Below, in pieces: positions 1 to 11,142 of a stretch of DNA of 64,000 nt. How positions within the stretch are numbered: the stretch's first letter is position 1; every line of letters starts with the position of its first letter. The notes under the pieces were generated by a model, which worked only from the letters and a program-made list of their open reading frames with translations, did no database searches and had not been told where the DNA came from. Source of the DNA: Macrostomum lignano (taxonomy: Eukaryota); contig NIVC01001681.1 in NCBI GenBank assembly GCA_002269645.1, positions 1 to 64,000 of the forward strand, given 5' to 3'. Made by a program: the position numbers and the translations under genes.

Positions 1-3000
1 CATGTAAAATCATAGAAGCGTCATGTAAAAAATCATAGAAGCGTCATGTAAACAATCATAGAAGCGTCATGTAAAAAATCATTAGAAGCGTCATGTAAAC
101 AATCATAGAAGCGTCATGTAAAAAATCATAGAAGCGTCATGTAAACAATCATAGAAGCGTCATGTAAAAAATCATAGAAGCGTCGTGTAAACAATCATAG
201 AAGCGTCATGCAAAAAATCATAGAAGTGTCATGTAAAAAATCATGGAAGCGTCATGTAAAATCATAGAAGCGTCATGAAAAAATCATAGAAGTGTCATGT
301 AAAAAATCATAGAAGCGTCATGTAAAAAATCATAGAAGCGTCATGTAAACAATCATAGAAGCGTCATGTAAACAATCATAGAAGCGTCATGCAAAAAATC
401 ATAGAAGTGTCATGTAAAAAATCATAGAAGCGTCATGTAAAAATCATAGAAGGCATCATGAAAAAATCATAGAAGTGTCATGTAAAAAATCATAGAAGCG
501 TCATGTAAAAATCATAGAAGCGTCATGTAAAAATTCATAGAAGCGTCATGAAAAAATCATAGAGCGTCATGAAAAAATCATAGAAGCGTGCCTGCAGAAA
601 TTGTAAGAGCATTATGTAAAAATCATAGAAGCGTCATGTAAAAAATCATAGAAGCATCATGTAAAAATCATAGAAGCGTCATGTAAAAAATCATAGAAGC
701 GTCATGTAAAAAAATCATAGAAGCGTCCTGCAGAAATCGTCAGAAGCATCATGTAAAAATCATAGAAGCGTCATGTAAAAAATCGTGGAAGCGTCATGAA
801 AATATCATAGAAGCGTCATGTAAAAAATCATAGAAGCGTCATGTAAACAATCATAGAAGCGTCATGTAAAAAATCATAGAAGCGTCATGTAAACAATCAT
901 AGAAGCGTCATGTAAAAAATCATAGAAGCGTCATGTAAAAATCATAGAAGCGTCATGTAAAAATCATAGAAGTGTCATGTAAAAAATCATGGAAGCGTCA
1001 TGTAAAAATCATATAAGCGTCATGAAAAAATCATAGAAGTGTCATGTAAAAAATCATGAAAGCGTCATGTAAAAAATCATAGAAGCGTCATGTAAAAATC
1101 ATAGAAGCGTCATGTAAAAATCATAGAAGCGTCATGTAAAAATCATAGAAGCGTCATGAAAAAATGATAAAAGGGTCATGTAAAAAATCATGGAAGCGTC
1201 ATGTAAAAAATCATAGAAGCGTCATGTAAAAATCATAGTAGCGTCATGTAAAAAATCATAGAAGCGTCATGAAAAAATCATATAAGCGTCATGAAAAAAA
1301 CATAGGAGCGTCATGAAAAAATCATAGAAGCGTCATGTAAAAATCATAGAAGCGTCATGTAAAATCATAGAAGCGTCCATGCAGATATCGTAGAAGCGTC
1401 ATGAAATAATCATAGAAGCGTCATGTAAAAAGCATAGAAGCGTCATGTAAAAAATCATAGAAGCGTCATGAAAAAAATCATAGAAGCGTCATGAAAAAAA
1501 CATAGGAGCGTCATGGAAAAATCATAGAAACGTCATGTAAAAATCATAGAATCGTCATATAAAAAGCATAGAAGCGTCATGTAAACAATCATAGAAGCGT
1601 CATGTAAAAAATCATAGAAGCGTCATGCAAAAAATCATAGAAGTGTCATGTAAAAAATCATGGAAGCGTCATGTAAAAATCATAGAAGCGTCATGAAAAA
1701 ATCATAGAAGTGTCATGTAAAAAATCATGGAAGCGTCATGTAAAAATCATAGAAGCGTCATGTAAAAATCATAGAATCGTCATATAAAAAGCATAGAAGC
1801 GTCATGTAAACAATCATAGAAGCGTCATATAAAAAGCATAGAAGCGTCATATAAACAATCACAGAAGCGTCATAAAAAAATCATGGAAGCGTCATGCAAA
1901 AAATCATAGAAGTGTCATGTAAAAAATCATGGAAGCGTCATGTAAAAATCATAGAAGCGTCATGAAAAAATCATAGAAGCGTTATGTAAAAATCATAGAA
2001 ACGTCATGTAAAAATCATAGAAGCGTCATGTTAAAATCATAGAATCGTCATATAAAAAGCATAGAAGCGTCCTGCAGAAATCGTAGAAGCATTATGTAAA
2101 AATCATAGAAGCGTCATGTAAAAAATCATAGAAGCATCATGTAAAAATCATAGAAGCGTCATGTAAAAAATCATAGAAGCGTCATGTAAAACATCATAGA
2201 AGCGTCCTGCAGAAATCGTAGAAGCATCATGTAAAAATCATAGAAGCGTCATGTAAAAAATCGTGGAAGCGTCATGAAAATATCATAGAAGCGTCATATA
2301 AAAAATCATAGAAGCGTCATGAAAATATCATAGAAGCGTCATGTAAAAAATCATAGAAGTGTCATGTAAACAATCATAGAAGCGTCATGTAAAAAATCAT
2401 AGAAGCGTCATGTAAACAATCATAGAAGCGTCATGTAAAAAATCATAGAAGCGTCATGTAAACAATCATAGAAGCGTCATGTAAAAAATCATAGAAGCGT
2501 CATGTAAACAATCATAGAAGCGTCATGTAAAAAATCATAGAAGCGTCATGTAAACAATCATAGAAGCGTCATGCAAAAAATCATAGAAGTGTCATGTAAA
2601 AAATCATGGAAGCGTCATGTAAAAATCATAGAAGCGTCATGAAAAAATCATAGAAGTGTCATGTAAAAAATCATAGAAGCGTCATGTAAAAAATCATAGA
2701 AGCGTCATGTAAAAAATCATAGAAGCGTCATGTAAAACATCATAGAAGCGTCCTGCAGAAATCGTAGAAGCATCATGTAAAAATCATAGAAGCGTCATGT
2801 AAAAAATCGTGGAAGCGTCATGAAAATATCATAGAAGCGTCATGTAAAAATCATAGAAGCATCATGAAAAAATCATAGAAGCGTCATGTAAAAATCATAG
2901 AAGCGTCATGTAAAAAATCATAGAAGCGTCATGTAAAAAATCATAGAAGCGTCATGTAAAACATCATAGAAGCGTCCTGCAGAAATCGTAGAAGCATCAT

Positions 3001-6000
3001 GTAAAAATCATAGAAGCGTCATGTAAAAAATCGTGGAAGCGTCATGAAAATATCATAGAAGCGTCATGTAAAAATCATAGAAGCGTCATGAAAAAATCAT
3101 AGAAGCGTCATGTAAAAATCATAGAAACGTCATGTAAAAATCATAGAAGCGTCATGTAAAAATCATAGAATCGTCATATAAAAAGCATAGAAGCGTCCTG
3201 CAGAAATCGTAGAAGCATCATGTAAAAATCATAGAAGCGTCATGTAAAAAATCATAGAAGCATCATGTAAAAATCATAGAAGCGTCATGTAAAAAATCAT
3301 AGAAGCGTCATGTAAAACATCATAGAAGCCTCCTGCAGAAATCGTAGAAGCATCATGTAAAAATCATAGAAGCGTCATGTAAAAAATTGTGGAAGCGTCA
3401 TGAAAATATCATAGAAGCGTCATATAAAAAATCATAGAAGCGTCATGAAAATATCATAGAAGCGTCATGTAAAAAATCATAGAAGCGTCATGTAAACAAT
3501 CATAGAAGCGTCATGTAAAAAATCATAGAAGCGTCATGTAAACAATCATAGAAGCGTCATGTAAAAAATCATAGAAGCGTCATGTAAACAATCATAGAAG
3601 CGTCATGTAAAAAATCATAGAAGCGTCATGTAAACAATCATAGAAGCATCATGCAAAAAATCATAGAAGTGTCATGTAAAAAATCATGGAAGCGTCATGT
3701 AAAAATCATAGAAGCGTCATGAAAAAAATCATAGAAGTGTCATGTAAAAAATCATAGAAGCGTCATGTAAAAAATCATAGAAGCGTCATGTAAAAAATCA
3801 TAGAAGCGTCATGTAAAACATCATAGAAGCGTCCTGCAGAAATCTTAGAAGCATCATGTAAAAATCATAGAAGCGTCATGTAAAAAATCTTGGAAGCGTC
3901 ATGAAAATATCATAGAAGCGTCATGTAAAAATTCATAGAAGCGTCATGAAAATATCATAGAAGCATCGTGTAAAAAATCATAGAAGCGTCATGTAAACAA
4001 TCATAGAAGCGTCATGTAAAAAATCATAGAAGCGTCATGTAAAAAATCATAGAAGCGTCATGTAAAAAATCATAGAAGCGTCATGTAAAAATCATAGAAG
4101 CGTCCTGCAGAAATTGTAGAAGCATCATGTAAAAATCATAGAAGCGTCATGTAAAAAATCGTGGAAGCGTCATGAAAATATCATAGAAGCGTCATGTAAA
4201 AATTCATAGAAGCGTCATGAAAATATCATAGAAGCGTCGTGTAAAAAATCATAGAAGCGTCATGTAAACAATCATAGAAGCGTCATGTAAAAAATCATAG
4301 AAGCGTCATGTAAACAATCATAGAAGCGTCATGTAAAAAATCATAGAAGCGTCATGTAAACAATCATAGAAGCATCATGTAAAAAATCATAGAAGCGTCA
4401 TGTAAACAATCATAGAAGCGTCATGTAAACAATCATAGAAGCGTCATGCAAAAAATCATAGAAGTGTCATGTAAAAAATCATGGAAGCGTCATGTAAAAA
4501 TCATAGAAGCATCATGAAAAAATCATAGAAGTGTCATGTAAAAAATCATAGAAGCGTCATGTAAAAAATCATAGAAGCGTCATGTAAAAAATCATGGAAG
4601 CGTCATGAAAAAATCATAGGAGCGTCATGAAAAAATCATAGAAGCGTCCTGCAGAAATTGTAGAAGCATTATGTAAAAATCATAGAAGCGTCATGTAAAA
4701 AATCATAGAAGCATCATGTAAAAATCATGGAAGCGTCATGTAAAAATCATAGAAGCGTCATGAAAAAATCATAGAAGTGTCATGTAAAAAATCATGGAAG
4801 CGTCATGTAAAAAATCATAAAAGCGTCATGTAAAAATCATAGAATCGTCATATAAAAAGCATAGAAGCGTCATGTAAACAATCATAGAAGCGTCATATAA
4901 AAAGCATAGAAGCGTCATATAAACAATCACAGAAGCGTCATAAAAAAATCATGGAAGCGTCATGCAAAAAATCATAGAAGTGTCATGTAAAAAATCATGG
5001 AAGCGTCATGTAAAAATCATAGAAGCGTCATGAAAAAATCATAGAAGCGTCATGTAAAAATCATAGAAACGTCATGTAAAAATCATAGAAGCGTCATGTA
5101 AAAATCATAGAATCGTCATATAAGAAGCATAGAAGCGTCATGTAAACAATCATAGAAGCGTCATATAAAAAGCATAGAAGCGTCATATAAACAATCACAG
5201 AAGCGTCATGAAAAAATCATGGAAGCGTCATGCAAAAAATCATAGAAGTGTCATGTAAAAAATCATGGAAGCGTCATGTAAAAATCATAGAAGCGTCATG
5301 TAAAAATCATAGAAGCGTCATGTAAAAAGTCATGGAAGCGTCATGTAAAAATCATAGTAGCGTCACGTAAAAAATCATAGAAGCGTCATGAAAAAATCAT
5401 AGAAGCGTCATGAAAAAAACATAGGAGCGTCATGAAAAAATCATAGAAGCGTCATGTAAAAATCATAGAAGCGTCATGTAAACAATCATAGAAGCGTCCT
5501 GCAGATATCGTAGAAGCGTCATGAAATAATCATAGAAGCGTCATGTAAAAAGCATAGAAGCGTCATGTAAAAAATCATGGAAGCGTCATGTAAAAATCAT
5601 AGTAGCGTCATGTAAAAATCATAGAAGCGTCATGAAAAAATCATAGAAGCGTCATGTAAAAATCATAGAAGCGTCATGTAAAAATCATAGAAGCGTCATG
5701 TAAAAATCATAGAATCGTCATATAAAAAGCATAGAAGCGTCCTGCAGAAATCGTAGAAGCATTATGTAAAAATCATAGAAGCGTCATGTAAAAAATCATA
5801 GAAGCATCATGTAAAAATCATAGAAGCGTCATGTAAACAATCATAGAAGCGTCATGTAAAAAATCGTGGAAGCGTCCTGCAGAAATCGTAGAAGCATCAT
5901 GTAAAAATCATAGAAGCGTCATGTAAAAAATCGTGGAAGCGTCATGAAAATATCATAGAAGCGTCATGTAAAAAATCATAGAAGCGTCATGAAAATATCA

Positions 6001-6300
6001 TAAAAGCGTCATGTAAAAAATCATAGAAGCTTCATGTAAACAATCATCAAAGCGTCATGAAATAATCATAGAAGTGTCATGTAAAAAGCACAGAAGCGTC
6101 ATGTAAAAAGCATAGAAGCGTCATGTAAAAAGCATAGAAGCGTCATGTAAACAATCATAGAAGCGTCATGAAAAAATCATAGAAGCCTCATTTAAAAACT
6201 AATGAAAGCGTCATTTAAAAAATTAAGAAGCAGAATGGAAGAATAAAAGAAGTGTAATGTAAAAATCAAAAGAAGCGTCATGTCAGACATGAAAGGTGTC
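1..6300. repeat. Satellite array, 22-23-bp monomer ATCATAGAAGCGTCATGTAAAAA with variable A-tract, running off the window's left edge
   Basis: Directly visible tandem repeat. Recurrent variant monomers (CCTGCAGAAATCGTAGAAGCA, GTAAACAATC, GAAAATATC) occur in duplicated blocks. The array degenerates after about 6190. Confidence 0.97.
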
Positions 6301-6309
6301 ATGTAAAAA

Positions 6310-7340
6310 TTAAATGCAGCTATAATGCTGTGCTGGGAAGAAAAACTGAGACGTAAAGGCTCTCAGAGAATAACTGAGATTACGAGGGGGGGTTGTTTCT
6401 GGGATCTCAAAGCAAAAGTCAGAAGCTACTTCAAAGTTCATGTACTTTACTCAATTTTTTATTGCATTCTTTGTTGGCTCGCCATTGGGGGGGGGGTGCT
6501 GATAGAAGAAGAGTCATGTAAAAAATAAAAGTAGCACTATGTATACATAAAAGACAAGTCATGTTGAAGTTAAAAGATTCATTTGGGAATTGCTACGATG
6601 TCAAAGCTTGGTGGAAATCGTTATAGTGCTGTGATTCTTAAAGAAGGAATCACTAAAATGTCAAGGCTTAGGGGAGAAGAATTGCTGAGATTTCAAGGCT
6701 TTAGGTTGGGTTAAAGTTAGGTTTAGGTCAGGTGTGGGTTGAGGGTTATATTTTATCAGGTTTCAAGGTTAACAGTGGATTTTTTAGATTTCAAGGTTTA
6801 TGGGGGCCATCGCTGACATGTCAAGGCTTACGGACGGGGGGGAATAGCTGAGATGTCAAGGCTCACGGGGGTATAAATGAGATTTCAAGGCTAAAGTCAG
6901 AAGCTACATGTAGTTTATTGAAAACTTTTTATTACATTATTTGATGCCTCCTCAGGCGAGGGATCGCTGATAAAAAAAGCGTTATGTAAAAAAATAAAAG
7001 AAGCTTATCGCTATAATGCTATAGTAGTGCTATAATGACTCTTAGAGAGAATTACTGAAATTTCAATGCTTTAGGGTTAGGTTAGGGTTAGGGTTAGGGT
7101 TAGGGTTAGGGTTAGAAGGTTGACAGATATTTTTAGATTTCCAAGGCTTATTGGGGGCATTGCTGAGATGTCAAGGGGGGAAGTTGATATGTTAAAGCTG
7201 GGGGGGGGAATTACTGACATGTCAAGGCTTACAAGGTTTGACAGGAGATTTTTTAAGATTTCAAGGATGCATGTAGCTTATTAAAAAAATGTGTATAGCA
7301 TTTCTTTGGCTCCCCAACGGGGGGCGTAGATTGCTAGTTT
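6310..7340. repeat. Degenerate dispersed element with ~30-bp subrepeats (GAGATGTCAAGGCTTA-GGGG-AATTGCT); a related copy lies at ~32720-32900
   Basis: The same motifs (CAAGGCTTA..GGGGAATTGCT, GTAGCTTATT, CATTCTTTGTTGG..CAACGGGGGGC..GATTGCTAG) recur at 6400-6540, 6890-7000, 7250-7340 and 32720-32900. Confidence 0.55.
7071..7115 (+). repeat. Interstitial telomere-like tract, (TTAGGG)~7
   Basis: ttagggttaggttagggttagggttagggttagggttagggttag is seen directly. Confidence 0.85.
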
Positions 7341-9414
7341 AGGACTCAAATTAGAACATAGTGTCTTACTACTTAGGTACTAACCACTACTGTGGACTTT
7401 CTAAGAAAGTCAAGTAGAAATAAGTATTAACAATAAAATTTCTTAGGCAAGAATAATTAGAGCTAGGCCTATATCAACTTGGTAGCATTTTGCAATATAG
7501 AACAAAAATATGTCGAATAGATTTATGCCAATTGTGAGATTATAGAAACAGAAGTAGTATAAGACCTATAACAACTTGGTGGCATCTGTAGAAGTTTCAT
7601 AGTCAAGACATTTAGCTCCATTAACAACTTTGTGACAAAGGGTGGGATTTTAATAAAGCAGAAATAAGCATTACTATATATATAAATGATAGATATCTAT
7701 CTTTGATATCATCATTGAAATAGTCAGTCTCAGTAGTATATAGAATTCATATGATAGATATTTGCCATGCCCAATCACACTTTTCATAAAAGTATAGACT
7801 GGGGTATCACATATAAAACCCAAATTATTTTAGGTCTATTGTTGTCTATTTAGCCACCAATTGGTAAATTTTAAAAGATCTTTATGGCATTATAGCTATA
7901 ATGAATATTAAGCATGTTTAAAGAATGAAAATGCATGAAATATAGACCTAGGCTAGTAGAAAAGTAAGTTTTAAGAATGAGTTTAGTTCTTGAAACTCTA
8001 GAATACTGCTGACTAAAAGTTGAACTAAAACCTAGAAGACTTGCTATTGTTGATGCTATACTTACTAAAATAAGCATTTTAGTTGTCTTTTGGTCTAAGA
8101 AATTCAAGTTTTATAATACCTAGAAGCTGCTAAGTAATGGCTCTTAGATTGCACTAGGCATTAAGAATGATATATTGTTATTGCAGAAATATTGCTTTTT
8201 CTTAGACTCAATCAAATTTGATTATAGTCATGATCTGGCTCTAATAGGAATTATAGGTATTGACTTGCCAGATTGAGAAGCAATAAATGGTATGCTTAGA
8301 GATGAAAGGTGGTGGTCACTATCATTGATCCCATTATCTCTATCAAAGTCAAAGCTATTGCTCTCTTTACTATTGAAAGGGTGACTATTCTTATGCTGTA
8401 GCTTATTTGTATTTGATTCTAGGGAAGTTATATAAATAAATTTATTTAGATAACACTTCTGCTTGCAAGATAGTATATATTCTATATCAAGATTTTTGTC
8501 TATGTCAAATAGATTTTTTTAATATAATCTAGGCACTTTTTCTTTGCATTTTCATGCAACTAGAAAATGCTGGACTTCATAATTACAGGGTATCCAATCC
8601 AATCCAATCAGCAGCAACAATAACTTGATTAATGCAATGCTGTTAGAGTTGTCTTATTGTCTATCATTTGATGGGAAATATGCTATTGATTAATTGCTTG
8701 CAAGCCAAGTAATTGGGATTGGCTCAACCTAGGAAGTTTCAATGCCTAGGCTGGCCTGAACACTAATAAAATTCATTGGTGGCTAAAAGAGATTTAGTAA
8801 ATATAATATTCTATTAATTAATCTATAAATTATAAGAAATACAATCTTATAATAAAGACTTTGGACCAATGAGACTTTGAAAGATATTTTAGTATTTTTT
8901 TCATATTTTGTTTGATTCTTTTTGCTTGTATAAAAAGCCTTGTGCTTTTAAAATTCTTAGCAAGGTCTTAGGACCAGAATGCATAGAAGATCATAAAAAA
9001 GAATTATAAAAACAAAATAAAAGAAAAAAGAACACAGAATATAATACAGCAAAATTTAGGGAAATGTGTCAAAAAAGTTGCAGCTTTTTCTTTTTTCTTC
9101 AATTTGATGCCTAGGTGCAACTTATGTGCAACTTTCTACTGGCAGTAGGAACAATAGTTTATGTAAATTTCTAGTCTTTAATGTGATGTCCTAAAGATGA
9201 CTTGTGGAAGCAAAGTTAAAGGTATCCTGAAATTGTCTTGAGTTATAAGATATGGATAGTATGAACTAATAATTGATATTCCAGTTTGTCTTTTAGATCG
9301 ATGTTATTACGATATCCTCGTAGTAAGGAATGAATATAATATAATATGCCAAAATTCTATCCTGCTGCTTCTTATCCTCATCGCTGTTGCCCCTGTTCAA
9401 GCAAGCAGCCCAGC

Positions 9415-9786
9415 ATGGCCCTGTCCAAGCGACTCAACGTCCGCCTGCCCCCGGAGGTGAACCGCATTCTGCTAGTAAAAAATCTGCCATTCAGCATCAG
9501 CGCCGAGGAGATGTACGACATCTTTGGCAAGTACGGCGCGATCAGGCAGATTCGGGTTGGCAACACGCCAGAGACTCGGGGCACTGCTTTTGTTGTTTAC
9601 GAGGACATATTCGACGCTAAGAACGCGTGCGATCACCTGTCTGGCTTCAATGTGTGCAATCGCTACCTGGTTGTGCTTTATTATCAGCCAACAAAGGTGC
9701 AGAAGAAGGTCAGCGTAGAGACCAAGCGAGAGGAGATTGACAGAATCAAAGCCAAGTACGGTTTGGGCACGCCTAAGGCTCAGTGA
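9415..9786 (+). CDS. SF3B6: Splicing factor 3B subunit 6 (SF3b14/p14), RRM protein, intronless, 123 aa
   Basis: [91 protein letters not shown] is nearly identical to animal SF3B14. The true ATG is at 9415, not the ORF-track start at 9346. AATAAA at 10165. Confidence 0.96.
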   Translation: MALSKRLNVRLPPEVNRILLVKNLPFSISAEEMYDIFGKYGAIRQIRVGNTPETRGTAFVVYEDIFDAKNACDHLSGFNVCNRYLVVLYYQPTKVQKKVSVETKREEIDRIKAKYGLGTPKAQ

Positions 9787-10350
9787 AGCCAAGTAAATTG
9801 TCTGCGCGAACTTACTTTTGTAACTACTGCGTATATTGATGCGCTTGTAATTTTCGACCTAATCTGTATTTTGATAGTTAATTTGTGGGCTCTGTTAAAA
9901 TTTTTTTCCTGCCGAAGCTGGTTTTATGCAAAAATGAAAAAAAAGCTGTTGAAATTAAAATATAGCTGTAAATTTAAATATTCTATTAATATTTGAAATC
10001 TATGGCTAACTACTTCAAGTAGTATCAGTTTGTTTTACGTTTTATTTTATTATTATATTGTATATTATCACTTAACTGATTAGAATTCGGGTGGAGAAAT
10101 GAAGTGCTCATAAATTTATAGACGAGAATAAGCTGCTGAACAACCTAGTTATTCAGACTCAGGTAATAAATTTAGTCTTTTTTATCTTAAAAGTTTGTAT
10201 TGTTTTTCTTGCACTAGTGCCTATACTGCAGCGCAGACCCATTAGTCTGGATTAAAAAGTTGACGATGATTAATAATGAGAGAGGCGAGTTAATCCATTT
10301 AATTTATGAGATTTTGATCCAGTCTTAATCACCTGAGTTCCGTTTCGGAA

Positions 10351-11030
10351 CAGTTCTAATATATTCGGGGTGAGATTCCGGGCGGTCCTATATTCGGGGT
10401 GAGATTCCGGGCAGTCCTATATTCGGGGTGAGATTCCGGGCAGTCCTATATTCGGGGTGAGATTCCGGGCAGTCCTATATTCGGGGTGAGATTTCGGTAC
10501 AGTCCTATATTCGAGGTGAGATTTCGGTACAGTCCTATATTTGGGGTGAGATTTCGGTAGTCATATATTTGGGGTGAGATTTCGGTACAGTCCTATATTC
10601 GGAGTGAGATTCCGGGCAGTCCTATATTCAGGGTGAGATTTCAGTACAGTCCTCCTATATTCGGGGTGAGATTTCGGTAGTCATATTTGTGGTGAGATTT
10701 CGGTACAGTCCTATATTCGGGGTGAGATTCCGGGCAGTCCTATATTCGGGGTGAGATTTCGGTACAGTCCTATATTCGAGGTGAGATTTCGGTACAGTCC
10801 TATATTTGTGGTGAGATTTCGGTACAGTCCTATATTCGGGGTGAGATTCCGGGCAGTCCTATATTCGGGGTGAGATTTCGGTACAGTCCTATATTCGAGG
10901 TGAGATTTCGGTACAGTCCTATATTTGGGGTGAGATTTCGGTAGTCCTATATTTGGAGTGGGATTTAGGGCAGTCCTATATTCGGTGGAGGGAATTTCGA
11001 AGTAGTTCTGTCATATTTAGGGTGAGATTT
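10351..11030 (+). repeat. Minisatellite, 29-30-bp unit TATATTCGGGGTGAGATT(C/T)CGG(G/T)(C/A)CAGTCC, ~22 copies, between SF3B6 and RAD54
   Basis: Directly visible. Each unit contains the G|GTGAGA donor-like motif. Confidence 0.93.
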
Positions 11031-11142
11031 TATTAAATAAATTTGTCTAGCACAATGAGACTCAGCAAGCGTAGGTATTTAGGCCTTCAGGATTAGCCCG
11101 GCCTGTTTAGTGCTTAAGCCCGACCGGTTTGCACTTTTGCAG

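Noticed and set aside
7340-9300. AT-rich region with short minus-strand ORFs (for example 7871..8107) resembling eroded coding sequence
   Set aside because: Full of stop codons with no recognisable motif. It is probably an old transposon relic but cannot be supported.
9346-9414. N-terminal extension MPKFYPAAS... of SF3B6, also the alternative 11110 start for RAD54
   Set aside because: SF3B14 homology starts at the ATG at 9415. The 11110 start is a non-ATG codon in intron/outron sequence upstream of the acceptor.
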